From assembly GCA_026770705.1 (NCBI GenBank), contig JANJGN010000003.1, positions 115,382,001 to 115,446,000 on the forward strand: 64,000 nt of DNA, given 5' to 3'. The translations under genes were made by a program, and so were the position numbers. This DNA comes from Isurus oxyrinchus (lineage: Eukaryota). The notes beneath the pieces were generated by a model, which did not search any database, was not told where the DNA came from, and worked only from the letters and a program-made list of their open reading frames with translations. Below are positions 13,920 to 27,122 of the stretch, one piece after another (the stretch's first letter is position 1; each line of letters starts with the position of its first letter).

Positions 13920-16585
13920 AAACATAGAAAATAAGAGCAGGAGGAAGTCATTTGGCCCTTTGTGCCTGCTCTGCAAATCAATATGATCACAGCTGATCTA
14001 TATCTCAATGCCATGCTCCCACTTTCTCCCCATACCTCTTGAGCCTTTAGAGTTTAGAAATCTACCTATTTCCTTCTTAAACACATTCAGTGATTTGGCC
14101 TCCACAGCCTTCTTTGGTAGAGAATTCCACAGGTTCACCACCCTCTGAGTGAAGAAGGTTCTCCTCATCTCAGTCCTAAATGGTCTACTCCGTAGCCTGA
14201 GACTGTGACCCCTTGTTCTAAACCCCCCCAGCCAGAGGAAACATCATCCCTGCATCTAGTCTGCCCATCCCTGTCAGAATTTTATATGTGTCAATGAAAG
14301 CCCTCTCATTCTTCTAAACTCCAGTGAATACAGGCTGAGTCGGCCCAATCTTTCCTCATACAACAATCCTGCCATCTCAGGAACCAGTGAACTTTTGCTG
14401 CACTCCCTCTATGGCAAGTATATCCTTTCTTAGGTAAGGAGACCAAAACTGCACGCAATACTCCAGGTGTGGTCTCACCAAGGCCCTGTACAGCTGCAGT
14501 AAGACATCCTTGTTCCTGTACTCAAGTCCTCTCGCAATGAAGGCCAACATACCATTTGCCTTCTTAACTGCTTGCTGCACCTGCATGCTTGCTTTCATTG
14601 ATTGATGTACAAGGACACCTAGGTCCCTTTGTATATCAACATTTCCCAACCTCATCACCATTTAAATAATACTCTATTATTATCTAATAATATTCTATTT
14701 TTCCTACCAAAGTAGATAACATCACACTTATCCACGTTATACTGCATCTGCCATGCATTTGCCCACTCACTCAACTTGGCTAAATCGCCTTGAAATTTCT
14801 TAACATCCACCTCGCCACTTACATTCCCACTTAGTTTTGTGTCATCAGCAAACTTGGAAATATTACATTTGGCTCCCTCATCGAAATCATTGGTATATAT
14901 TGTGAGTAGCTGGGGCCCAAGCATTGACCCCTGCGGTACCCCACTAGTTACTGCCTGCCATTCTGAAAAAGACCCATTTATTCCTACTCTTCATTTCCTG
15001 CCTGCTCACCAATTCTCAATCCATGCCAATATACACCACCAGCTGAAAGTTCCCCTCCAAGTCAGTCACTATCCTGACATGGAAATATATCGCCGTTCCT
15101 TCACTGTTCCTGGGTTAAAATCCTGAAACTCCCTTCTTAACAGCACTGTGGGTCTACCTATACCACATGGGCTGCAGCAGTTCAAGAAGGCAACTCACCA
15201 CCTCCTTCTCAAGGGCAACTAGGGATGGGCAACAAATGCTGGCCCAGCCAGCAAAGCCCACATCCCATGAATGAATAATAAAAAAAACCCCGCAATCCCA
15301 TGAGCTTTAATTTTACACAATAACCTCTTATGTGGGACTTTATCGTAAGTTTTCTGAAACCTAAATACATCACATCCACTGGTTCCCCCTTATCTATTCT
15401 GCTAATTACACCCTCAAAAAACTCCAATAGGTTTGTGAAACATGATTTCCCTTTCATAAATCCACATTGACTTTGTCTAATCCCATTGATATTTTCTAAA
15501 TGTCCTGTTATCACATATGTTATAATAGACTCTAGCATTTTCCCTACTACTGATGTTAGGCTTACCGGTCTGTAATTCTCAGTTTTTTCCCTCCTTCCTT
15601 TTTTAAATAGTGGAGTTACATTTGCCACCCTCCAGTCTGCTTGGACTGTTCTAGAATCTATAGAATTTTGGAAGGTGATGACCAGCACACCCATTATTTC
15701 CATGGCCGACCCCCTTTAGTACCCTCAGATGTAGATTATCAGTCCCTGGGGATTTATTGGCTTTCAGTCCCATTAATTTCTCCAGCACTGTGTTTTTTAG
15801 TAATACTAAGTTTCTTCAATTGCTCTTTCTCACTAGACCCTTGATTCCCTAGTATTTCTGGGAAGTTATTTGTGTTTCCCTCCATGAAGGCAGAACTAAA
15901 GTAGTTGTTTAATTGCTCTGTTATCTCCTTGTTCTCTATCATAAATCTTCTGTTTCGGGCTGTAAAGGACCTACATCTGTCTTTACCTATCCTTTTCTTC
16001 TTACATATTTATAGATGCTTTTACAATCTGCTTTTATGTTCCTTGCAAATTTACTCTAATATTCTAATTTTTCCCTCTTAAGCAATTTCTTGGTCCTCCT
16101 TTGCTGAATTTTAAACTGTTCCCAATCCTCAGGGTTGCTACTTTTTCTAGAAACTTTATATGACTCCTTTTTGGATCTAATACTATTCTTAATTTCTTTT
16201 GTTAGCTATGGTTGGGCCACTTTTCTTGTTGTGTTTTTGCACCAGAAAGGAACATATAACTGTTGCAATGCATGCATTCATTATTTAAATATTAGCCATT
16301 GCCTATCCAATGTCATGCCTTTTAATGAAGTTTCCCAATCTATCTTAGCCAACTCACACCTCTACCTTCATAGTTTCCTTTGTTTAGACTTAGGACCCTA
16401 TTTTTGGATTGGACTACTTCACTTTCCAACCTAAGGAAGAATTCTATTATGCTATGGTCACAGTTCCCTAAAGGATCACACACAACAAGATTATTAATTA
16501 ACCCCTTTTCATTGCACAAATCTAGGATGTTCTGTTCCCTAGTTGGTTCCTCGACGCACTTGTCTGAAAAAACCATCTTGTACAG
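13920..16585 (-). mobile_element. CR1 LINE (family B) ORF2 pseudogene, EN end plus RT
   Basis: Minus ORFs carry PTREQNILDL, NYRPVSLTSVVGKMLE, KFADDTKL and LVRPHLEYCVQFWSP. The 3' tail is at 13920. Confidence 0.92.
15033..15287 (+). mobile_element. CR1 family A 3' tail inserted into the family B LINE
   Basis: Family A tail with an A-rich end, in opposite orientation inside the RT. Confidence 0.85.
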
Positions 16586-16589
16586 CTAA

Positions 16590-17503
16590 GAGGTGTGATA
16601 CGGCCAGAGGCATTCAAAGGAAAATATACAATGTAAACTGAACTGTAATCTCCTGTGGTTGTGGAGATATTGGAAAATGATTACCATCTCAGCCGAAACC
16701 ACCTTCTGTTGAGTTATATCCCAGACTGTGAACATGAACTGAGTTGAAAAGAAAACAGATCTGGACAATAGACATGTTTGTTTTTCCCTTCGAGGAATAC
16801 ACAAGGAAAGGGTTTTAAAAAACCACCTGCAGCCCTAGTTCTGTGTGCTAGTCTGGTGTTCTGTTCTGTTGCATGTGTGCTGTGAAGGTAATAGCTGAAG
16901 AATCCCTGTCCTTGCAAGTAAAAGAAAATCCCTTTCTCTTTGTTTGCTGGAAACAAGTCACAAGTCAGCAAAACCACAGTCAAAAAGGAAACAGGACAAC
17001 TCCTTTCAGCTTACCTGCAGAACCCAAGAATCTCCTAACCAATTGTTCAACCGCTAAAGTCAGCGTTACCTGAGTCAGCCCAACTTAATGACTGTAACAT
17101 TCCGCCAGCTACTCCTCATAGACAAGCCAAAGGACTGATTCACGTATCTTTTTATAACTTTTATTTTTGGACTCAATTTCTCATTTCTAATCTGCCTGTG
17201 TATATATGCTGCATTTTTATTATTTTTCCTCACATTTAGTGACTAATAAACTCAGTCTTTCTTTGACTCCATACAGCCTAGTTAAATTGGCTCCTTTAAA
17301 AACATAAACATATTTGGACTGGGATAAGATATCCACGAAGGAAGGGATCCTTTTTAAATTAACCTTGTTGCGACCAACCGGACAGGTTGAATAAAGAAAG
17401 GGAGCCAGTTGATCCCTCTTCACCTGTGACCATAACAATTTGGGGTACCTTGTCCTGGATCATAACAAATTGGAGGAATCTTGCCTGGAGACCGGTCGTA
17501 ACA
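16590..17503 (+). mobile_element. LTR-like fragment with duplicated LTR-end/PBS-like units
   Basis: Ends CATAACA, then TGGGGTACCTTGTCCTGGAT (similar to a tRNA-Pro PBS, TGGGGGCTCGTCCGGGAT), then a second degenerate unit ending GTAACA. Confidence 0.5.
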
Positions 17504-17836
17504 CTTCCGTGCACACCACTGGCACTTTAAATTAAAATCAAAATCACATGGGAACCAACAAAAGCAAGAGTGCAGAAGTGCAACTACTTCCTGTCCCACT
17601 GTTGAGAACGATGTGCCACAGTTAAAATTCCACCTGCCTCAACGTCTGTCCAATTCTCACCTGACACATTCAAACAAACACACTTGTAGCAGAAATTACT
17701 GAGTAATGATCAAAAGAAGAAATCCTGCCTGACTTAGTTAAGCCCCTAGTGCAAAGAAACTTTGGTCAACTGCAGCAATCCTTTCTTCCATCCTGGTTGA
17801 GAGTAGCTGACTCTGGCCAACATTAAACATAATGTT

Positions 17837-17940
17837 CTGATGAAGAGTCATAGGGACTCGAAACGTTAACTGTATTCCTCTCCGCAGATGCTCTCAGGCT
17901 TGCTGAGTTTATCCAGCTATTTCTGGTTTTGTTTGCTGTG
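17837..17940 (+). mobile_element. 104-bp Penelope-derived insertion: hammerhead ribozyme motif plus tail
   Basis: CTGATGA-A-GAGTC-ATAGG-GACTC-GAAAC-GTT followed by the pLTR tail. Flanked by an imperfect 14-bp TSD, TTAAACATAATGTT / TTAAACATGACGTT. Confidence 0.8.
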
Positions 17941-18915
17941 TTAAACATGACGTTTTGTAGTTTATATGGTTTACTGCACAGTGATTGTACACTGTAAGGT
18001 AAATCTATGCCCTGTTCTTTTTCAAGTTCTTCTACTCTAGGATTACAAGATTGACTATGACTCTAGATAGTTTCTAAATTCAATTTATTGTTTGAATTTT
18101 AGTATTCAGACCTACGACAAATCTCTTACAATACTATGTCTGAAAGTTCCCTTTATTTACAATCACACTACAGGCGATTAGTCTATAGTTGAATGTAGTC
18201 AGTTGATTAAGCTGATTCTGTTTCTTTGTTCCCTTCTTGTTTACTCTAAGGGCCAGCACTGGTCATTCTTGTCCTTCAAGTTTTAAACGTCCAGTGGGGC
18301 ATGCTGGAATGTTCCTTTCGAGCAATGTTGGTGCTAGTTATAAAATACACATCATCGATCTGCTTCAAAACATCACCCACTTCCTCCTTTAATTTCCACT
18401 CCTGTTGATTTAGCAGCACTGAGAACGCTTTGTGATTTCCAACTCCCACAGTTCTCAATTGTTTTGAGTATCTTCTTATTGGAATAGATGCCCGCAAGTC
18501 TTGACCATGCATTATAAGATGGACATCATTTTGCTTATCAGCAGTTTCATTCTGTGGGAAAACACATTCTGCTGATCACCAGCAGATTGATTGACATCAT
18601 AGGCAGAATTTTCCGCTGAGTGGGCAGGCGCGTGCCCGATCTGCTCGTGCGTAAAATAGCGACTGGTGACGTTGGGCGCAAATCCTGACGTCATTGCACA
18701 CTCGCACGATATTTTGGTCGGTGGGCATGCATGGGAGTCAGAGATGCATCCGATCAATTACGAGGCCATTAAAATGGCAATTAAGCTAGATGTTACATTG
18801 CCTGTGTGTTTTCGCACTCGTTGCACAGGCAAAATGAGCAGGCAGGAAGCTGACAATTTGCTAAACCTCGTCCAAGGGCATGATAAAAAGGGTCTGCAGC
18901 ATTGTGAGTGAGGAG

Positions 18916-20159
18916 TGTAGGGGGTGGTGGTGTGTGTCAGCTTCACCTCTGACTTCTGAGTGGTCCGAATCGCTCCCACTCCCTGGGTTCCAGACCTTGG
19001 ACTTATTTGGGGGTTGTGACAAAGTGCAGCAGACAACTGGTTTTGGTGCAAGAAACAAAAAAAAACTGGGCTTATTGAAATAACAAATGAATTTATAACA
19101 TTAGGATTACATTGAGATTATACAGACTTACAAAGTACACTTAGTTAAGAATGGGGAACACATGGCATAATGAGGGAAAATCATGCTACTAATCCCCTTA
19201 CCCTTGTCCCACCCCCAAAACCTAACTAAATTGAACTAGGAGAGGTCAGGGATCATGCTCACCAACCAGGGTTCCTTGACAGTTCAAAATCCAGCCAGGT
19301 AAGCCGGTTGCAGTTTTGGGGTACGGTTTTTGTGTCCTCTGGGGCCTGCCATCCCCACGTGGTCCTGGTCTGTGGAATCTGCAAAGGTTCTTCAGTTGGG
19401 TGGAGAGCACGGTTGTGGGTGGTCAATCTTCGTGGAGGACTGCGGTTGTGGCCTTGTTGTCTTCAGTTGAGCCTGCCACCCCGTGCCCCTCGCCGTGATG
19501 TTGCCTGCAGGTCTGCAAACCTCCAGATCTCCTCCCTCCGCTTGGCTCAGCTACCTCTCCTAGCTTAAACTCTGCTTCAACTGCTCCAAAACTGCTCACT
19601 CTCCTTCCCTTCATAACTGGTGGCCTGGTTATACTGTTTTTTTGAATTTCTTATCTGAATCCAAATCAAGGTTAGTTCTTTGTCTGATTTTGGTGGGCTT
19701 CTTCAGGTGATTGTTGTCTCGTTGATTTTAATGGGCTCGCGTGATGTTTATCGTTGTCTTCCTGTTCCCGTAACTAGTCTTGAACTGAAAGCCATTGTAC
19801 ATGTGGAGTATCGATAGGTTTGCATAAGTGCATTGATTGCTGCCTACCTGCCTTAGTAGTTAGTCGCGATTATTTATGCAAGATTTTGATGGGCTTTAGT
19901 TCCATGTAAGATGAAGTCCTTCTTGATTGTTTTAAAGGGAAGACTGCATATTCTGTCTCCTCTCCTTGTCTGGTTTCAGGCAATAATCCATACTGCACTC
20001 AACAAGCCCAGGCATATGCAGTCCCAGGCCTTCTTGGGCCTGGCCTCCTGTTTGCAGAGTTCTACACTTAACTCAGCAGTTGGGTCCTCTGCCATAAAAG
20101 TCCAAAAGTCATATCCTTGTTGATGATATGAAAAGTGTGGGAATTTTGAGAACCCTTCA
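18916..20159. mobile_element. Solo LTR (about 1.24 kb) inserted in Harbinger copy 1
   Basis: TGTAGGG...CCCTTCA with TSD GGAG (18912-18915, 20160-20163). Absent from Harbinger copy 2. Confidence 0.85.
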
Positions 20160-20329
20160 GGAGTTTTGGAGATAGTTTGCTACTGGTTGCTTATTGGTAC
20201 TTGGCAGTTTCATCTCTATTTGGGCCTTCATTGCTAGCATTTCCAGACTTCAATTCAGGACTTATTGGTATCTCCAATGCACTCAGAGGATTCAGACCGT
20301 GTGGAGCCTTCCAGGTATCAGACAGCCTC

Positions 20330-21190
20330 CCATTACCCAAGTAGTGCAGATTGCGCTCTCTGTTGATAGCACTCCTTTGAGGAGGAAGTAAGGGGCAGAA
20401 GGGAGAGGAGGCCAGGTGTCCCAGTGCAGCTTCCAGCAGAGTGACCTGTGGGAGCAGAGGCAGAGGCACAAGGGACGCAAGGCCAGCAGGTAGTCCAAAG
20501 CGGAAGGGTCTGCAGAAGACACCACTATCCTGCTGCCAGGGTTTACAGGAGGCGATATAACTACCCCAATATGTCCAAGGTGCAATACCAAATGAGGCTC
20601 TACCTCTCTGGGGAGACTGTGACCTCCATTTGCCAGGTGATTGGGCCTGAGATCAGCTCCGACTGTGTGGGTGGACAACCTATGCCAGTGGCTCTGAAGA
20701 TCACAGTGGCCCTCAACTACTATGCCCCTGGCTCTTTCCAGGGGTCAGTGAGCAATCTGTGTGGAGTCTCTCAGCTGCCCACAGTTGCGCCCAGCTGGTG
20801 ACAGGAATTCTGTTCAGGCAGGCACTGACATTTATTCTTTAACGTATGGGCGAGGCCAGCCAGAGGCTTTGCAGTGATTGCTGGGGTCCCCATGTCCAGG
20901 GTGCAATAGACTGCACACATGTGGCCATAAAGGTGCCAGTGGGTCAGCCAGGTGCCTTCCTCAACAGGAAGGGCTTCCACTCCCTGAGCGTGCAGATAGT
21001 GTGTGATCACAGGATGCAGATTCTGCAAGTTTGTGCAAGGTACCCAGGCAGCTCCAAAAGCACCTACATCCTCAGACACTCCCAGGTGCCGGGGCTCTTC
21101 AGTGTTCCAGCCCGACTTATTGAATGGCTGCTGGGCGACAAGGGCTACCCCATTGAAAAGGTGGCTTATAACACCTCTCTGCCACCCAAT
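20330..21190 (+). pseudogene. HARBI1-like DDE transposase, frameshifted and 3'-deleted
   Basis: Motifs GAIDCTHV, NRKGFHSLSVQIVCD, ARYPGS and WLLGDKGYP. Confidence 0.88.
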
Positions 21191-22160
21191 GCCCACCGAG
21201 GTGTTGGCATCTTCGCTGGTGGCTGCTCTGGGTGTGATGCAAGTGCAAATGGAGCCCTGTGGTCCTCTGGCATCAGGAGTGGCCCTTTGGGTTTCCGAGA
21301 GCGAGTCCATGCTGGCAAATCTGGGGGAGAACAAGGACATGTCATTACTTAAAGTCCAAGGTGCACTGTCACTGTGCATCATGGTGTCATCATCTTTCAA
21401 TGATCAATGGGAACTCCAGGTTTGATGCTCCCATCAACGAAGAGACTACACTAGAATGGTTGCACAATCTGAAACTCACATCTCTGTGCACTGTGCTTTT
21501 ACCTTCGTCCCGCACCTCCGCCTCTCCAAACCTGGTTGCACATAGAGCGTGCTGGCTCTCTTGCTCAAGGGCATTCTGCTTGAACCTGGTGAGCAGCAGG
21601 TTGCTTGGGCCTCTGCCTCTACGTGCTTGGTTATGGCTTGTCTTCTCTGAAAGGACAGAGGCACACTCTCTACCTGCGGCACCGTTGCAGCCTGGCCAAC
21701 CCCAGCTGAGGACCACCTCGTAGGACACATCTGAGTTGCAGCCCTCAAGCCGGAAAGCACTCAGTTCAAGAAGCCAGGGCTCACCCACTTGGCCAGCTCC
21801 AGTGTGATTGACAGTTAGTACTCAGGCTCTAGCACTCCTGAGGTCCACAAGGGAATGGTCACACCTTAACACTTTTGCATGCTGACCCATGCCAACATGG
21901 TACTCACTCTTCCTGAGCGCAGCAGGTCGTTAAACCTCTTCTGGCACTGCAACCATGTCATGGTTGCTGACCTGTGCTGCAATCTCCTCCCATGCCTTCT
22001 TTATGAGTTTCGGTGGCCTCCTCCTCCCATCTCTGGGGATAAGGATGTCCCTCCTAGCAGCCACCTCTTCCAAGCGGACCACAAGGCACTCATCCGAAAA
22101 GTGGGAGGCCGAGTGCCCATTCGACCTCTCCTCCCGCCTAGCATCTCCAGCTGCACTTGA
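21190..22160 (-). pseudogene. Myb/SANT-like (NAIF1/MSANTD-type) Harbinger partner gene, intron-containing, degenerate
   Basis: HFSDECLVVRLEEVAARRDILIP...KAWEEIAAQV...KRFNDL, a GTGAGT donor near 21905, and a second exon EKTSHNQARRGRGP. Confidence 0.8.
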
Positions 22161-22669
22161 CTCCATATCTTGAATATTGAAGACACAGAAGAGATGTTCT
22201 CCCATGGCAGCCTTCAAGGGGCTGCCTGTGCTGTTTTTAAACCGCCTCCAGGTTGTCATTGGACCTAACGGCTGACAGGTCCCCGCCCCAACCCGGCCTT
22301 TCCCGACTAGTGGGGAGCCGTGTTTTACTCTGGGTGGGCCTCAATTGGCCGGCCAGCGTGAAATCACGGTTGGGGGCTGATTGCGGCTGGCTGCCCATTT
22401 CCCGGCCGATCCCTGGCCCGCCAACCGCACCTGCCCGTTGAATTGAAAATTCTGTCCATGTCCCTATAGAATGTCCTTGCCTCTGATGTCAGGCCTCCTT
22501 GCAAGACCTGATGGATCTTTTTGGTCAAATCATGTCCAGTTTGATTGGTCATGTCACAGTTGCATACCTTGGCCAACTAAGTTTGATTGCGGCTACATCT
22601 TTACAGTACTGAGCCCCAGGGAAACTTGTCTATGTTTGTTTTTAACAACATAATAGTCTAGCACATCAA

Positions 22670-23540
22670 CTGGAAAAACTGGTGTTGAAAATAAAGTAAA
22701 TGGGGATTAGTGGAGATGTTTTGCAAGATACACAATGATTGACTGATAGAACCCAGGGATTGTTTACAGAGGAATTGCCATCAGCCTGGGGAATATTTCC
22801 AGTGGAGTCCTACAGGAGTATGCTTTGAGACCTCTTTTGTTCGATTTACATATTTATAAATGATGTGAGGCTAGGCATCAGCAGTTCAGTGGCTAAATAT
22901 GCAGGTGATACAAAGTTGATGAACTTGATGGACTGAAAGGATGACACGATAAGCCATAAGAGGGTGGCACATGAAATGCAATGAAGAGAAATGCAAAGTG
23001 CTTCAGATGGGGACAAAACACTTAGGAAGAGGCTATTACTTAATTGGAAAGAAAACAATGTACATAGAAAATAAAAGAGTTGGGGGCACTGATTGACAAT
23101 AAATTGAAGCTATCACCACAATGCTTGTGCATAAAGTGAACTGGATGTTAGGATGACATAGTCAATATTGGAAATATTGATGGATTCCTGCCACATTATA
23201 AATCATTGGTGGGATTGCACGGAAAATTATGTGAAGACCTCTGGTTGACACAGTACAAAACAGATATTGTGGCTATTGAAAGAAAATGGAAGAGACCAAC
23301 CACAATAATGAAGGGATGGAAGGATTGGATTATGAGAAACAGTTATGTGAATTGGACGTACTGTCATTTGCCAAGAGAAGTTTGAGTAGTAATATGCTTA
23401 CAGTGTTAATGATTGTAAAGGAACTAGATGATACAGACCATTTCAAGCTGTTCCATTTTGTCCAGAGCAGCAGAACCAGAGAACATGATCTGCACTTGAA
23501 GGGGGGTAAATTCATAGACAGAATTTTCCAGACTTAGTCC
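22670..23540 (+). mobile_element. Old CR1 RT/3' fragment
   Basis: Degenerate SGVLQE/YAGDTKL motifs and GLDYEKQL...SRTREH. Confidence 0.75.
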
Positions 23541-23637
23541 CTGCCAGAATAACAGGACCATTTGTGGGTCAGGGACGCAAATGGTGAAAAAGCGAGCTTT
23601 ACCAATGCTTTTTCCCAGAGCCACAGCATTAACATAG

Positions 23638-23981
23638 TGGGAGAGGCTGTGGTATTGATATTGTCACTGGACTAGTAATCCAGAAACTCAAGATATTGCT
23701 CTGGGGATCTGGGTTCAAATCTCACCACAGCCGATGGTGAAATTTGAGTTCAGTAAAAAAAATCTGGAATTAAAAGTCTAATAATGACCATGAAACCATT
23801 GTCATAAAAAGCCATCTTGTTCAATAATCTGGTTCCTCACCTGGCGTGGCCTACATGTGACTCCAGACCCACAGCTTGCTGTGGTTGACTGTTAAATGGT
23901 CTAGCAAGCCACCCAGTTCTTAGGGATGGGCAATAAAATGCTGCCCTAGCTCCCATCCCGTGAATGAATTTAAAAAAAAAA
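23638..23981 (+). mobile_element. tRNA-derived SINE sharing its 3' tail with CR1 family A
   Basis: B box GGTTCAAATC, tail GGGATGGGCAATAAAATGCTG...CCCATCCCGTGAATGAAT and poly(A). Confidence 0.8.
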
Positions 23982-24369
23982 GGTTTCTCAGATTCCTCAG
24001 TCAGTCAGGAAGGGTGGGCAGAATGGGTGGGATGGTACACCCATTCTCTTAAAGGGAGGATTCTTAATAAAAGGGGCCATGACATGTGTTGTGTCAACAA
24101 CAGGGATGGAGAGGAGACCTGGGAATGTCTGTCCATTGGGTCTTTTACCTGGAGGCCCTGTAGTGAAACCTGAGGGACTGCAGTGAGTTGAGCTCTCCCA
24201 GCTCCCTGGGAGGAAGAGACCAGCCTCTCTAACCAAGCAGGTGTGGATGGAAGTGGCTGAGGAAGTCAGCAAGAGATGTGTGCCCGCTCCAACCTAGAGA
24301 CAGTTCACCAAGAGGACCCAGGACTTCAGAAGGGTATGATAGGTAAGCGGCATAACATTTTCTGGTACC

Positions 24370-25460
24370 TAACAAGCGGGGATGGTGAACAGCCTGCAGT
24401 CATGGTCCACATCGGTACCAACAATATGAGTGGAAAAACAGATGTGGTCCTGCAATCGGGAATTTAGAGAGCTAGGTAGAAAATTAGCAAGCAGGCCCTC
24501 AAAAGTAGCAATCTCCAGATTACTCCCACTGCCACATGCAAGTGAGTACAGGAATAGGAGGATAAGGCAGATGAATGTGTGGCTGGAAAGATGGTGCAGG
24601 AGGGAAGGTTTTAGATTCTTGGGACATAGGAACTGGCTCTGGGAAAGATGGGAGGTGTACAGGCCAAATGGACCTGAATGGAGCCAGGATAGAGTTCCTT
24701 GTGGGGAGTTTTGCAAAAGCTGTTGTGGCGGGTTTAAACTAACTTGGCAGGGGCGTGGGGACCAGGAGATAATATCAAAGAGAAATACCAAGGTGCATGA
24801 AATACTGGGAGTGATTGACAGCACTGGAGTAGGGAATAGTAAGTTGATAGGTGGAATAGGAGTAAAAGAGAATGGGATAGAGGCTAAGTCAGGGTGGGTG
24901 TGCATGTATGTGAAAACACAGAGTGTGGTAGACAAGATTGCTAAGCTACAGGCGCAGATTGCCATGTGGAAATATGATGTTGCGGCAATAACAGAGACCT
25001 GGCTCAAAGAAGGGCAGGACTGGGTGTTGAATATTCCTGGGTACAAGGTGTTCAGGAAAGATAGGAAGGAAGAAAAGGAGGAGGGGCAGTGGTATTGATT
25101 AAGGAGAGCATTGCAGTGCTGGAGAAAGCGGTTGTCCTATAGGGGTAAGGACAGAATCTATTTGGCTGGAGCTAAGGAAGGAAAAGTATGCAGTTACATT
25201 GGAGTAGTCTGTAGTGGGAAGGAGGTAGAGGAACAATTTTTTAAGGAAATTACAGAGATGTGCAAAAATTACAGAGTACATATAATGGGGGAACATTAAT
25301 TATCCAAATATAGACTGGGATAGTATTAGTGTAAGGGGCAGAGATGGTCAAGAGTTCCTAGAGTGTGTTCAGGAAAATTTTCTTCAGCATTATGTTTCCA
25401 GTCCAATGAAGAAAACAGCATTGCTGGACATGGTTCTTGGAAATGAGGTGAGCCAAGCAG
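24370..25460 (+). mobile_element. CR1 5' fragment: SGNH-esterase-type ORF1 end and APE endonuclease start
   Basis: VMVHIGTNN and NVWLERWCRREGFRFLGH (esterase ORF1); YDVAAITETWL and PGYKVFRKDR (endonuclease). Confidence 0.88.
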
Positions 25461-26894
25461 ATCAAGGGCTGGATTTTGTATGTCCCCGCTGGGTGTTTTC
25501 AGTGGGGTTGGGGGCAGACATAAAATAGAGTGGGTGCCCAGCCCAGTATCTTTCATCCACTCCCAATCTAACTCCCATAACACGGTAAGTGGGTGGGCGC
25601 AAGTATCGGCAAACCACCCGCCATATGTAAATAAATAAGAAGGGTTATTGAGCTTGTTAACAAGCCAACTACCCCAATAATATGCTGCCCACACCAAAAA
25701 AAGATTGGTGTGTGCAGTTGGGTGGGAGTTGGCAGCCCATGTGACATTGCACAGTACAATAAGTCTCAAAGCTGCAGTCACTTCATATTCCTTAAAAATA
25801 CAGTTACTACATTCCTTCCCCATTACTTTTTTTTTACAATTTGTATTTACAAGAACAACTACATTCATGACATTACAAATATATACATGGGTTATGAAAT
25901 TATAAGTTCAGTCTCTCAGGTGGTTCCCTGATGCGGGTGGAATGTCATAGCTCCATGACTTTAGAATCTCTTACTGAATCTTAATTTTCTGGAACTGCAG
26001 TAACATCAGGTACTTCTTTAGGTACAGGCAGTTCAGTGTTATCTACTCCCACAGAGATGTCTGGTATGTCTATCCTTGGTTGATCAATCACAACGGGGAC
26101 AACAGGTTCTACAATGGTTACAGGTGGAACATCATCTTGTTGGGGTATCTCCCTTCTTCTCAAATGATCCACGTGTTTGCAGGTGATCCAGCCCACACTT
26201 CTACAATGGCAATGGTATGACAAGGGTCCGGTCACAGAAACTATTACACCAGGTAACCAACTCGATCCACCACCGAAGATTCGTACAAATACTGTTTCAC
26301 CAACAGTAAATTCTCACTCTCGACTATGCAAATCATGAGTCACTTTTTGATTCCCTTGACTGTTCTCTATCTTCCCCTCCACATTGGAAAGTACCAGACT
26401 TAATCTCATACGAAGGTAGCACTTCATAAGTAACTCTGAAGGTGTTGAACCTGTAGTAGTGTTGGGAGTCGTTCTATAGTGAAACAGGAAATATGAAAGT
26501 TTAGTCTCCAATGATCCTTCCGATAATTTTTTCATCCCAACTTCAAAAGTTTCTACTGCTTTCTGGGCCAACCCATTAAACGATGGATGATATGATGCTT
26601 TTACGTGTTTGATACCATTTAGGTTCACGAATCTTTGAAATTCAGCACTAATAAATAGAGTGTTATTGTCTGAGACAATGGGTTCTGGCAATCCACTTTG
26701 GGGTAACCTTTCTATAGTTGCACCTGATATTGGCGATCTAAATTCAGATGTGTCTAACCATTTGGAATGTGCATCAATTATTAGCAGAAACATGGTGCCT
26801 AGAAATGGACCTACATGATCTATATGCAGTTTCGCCCAGGGTCGACCAGGCCATTCCCAAAGATGCAGTGGAGCTGCAACAGGCAACTTCTGTA

Positions 26895-27122
26895 ACTTTT
26901 CCGAGTACAACCCCATTTCCATCTGTTTCAGATGAAGTTACATTGTTTCATAGTTTGTCATTGTGAGATTTGAACTCTTGATACTCTTTCGAGCACAACC
27001 CCATTTCCATCTGTTTCAGATGAAGTTACATTGTTTCATAGTTTGTCACTGTGAGATTTGAACTCTTGATCTTGGGGTTACAAACCCAGTACCATAATCA
27101 CTTGGCTATTTAGGCCAAGCCC
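26895..27122 (-). mobile_element. tRNA-Thr(UGU)-like SINE with a tandem 88-bp tail unit
   Basis: Perfect 14-bp TSD AGGCAACTTCTGTA (26881-26894, 27123-27136). Head TAGCCAAGTG...ACTGGGTTTGTAACCCCAAG...GAGTTCAAATCTC. Direct repeat 26902-26982 / 26990-27070. Confidence 0.8.

Larger units (their letters stand above)
18601..22457 (+). mobile_element. PIF/Harbinger transposon copy 1 (degenerate, internally deleted)
   Basis: TIRs AGGCAGAATTTT / AAAATTCTGTCC. Transposase on + and Myb/SANT gene on -, convergent. Colinear with the copy at 47580-51608. Confidence 0.9.
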
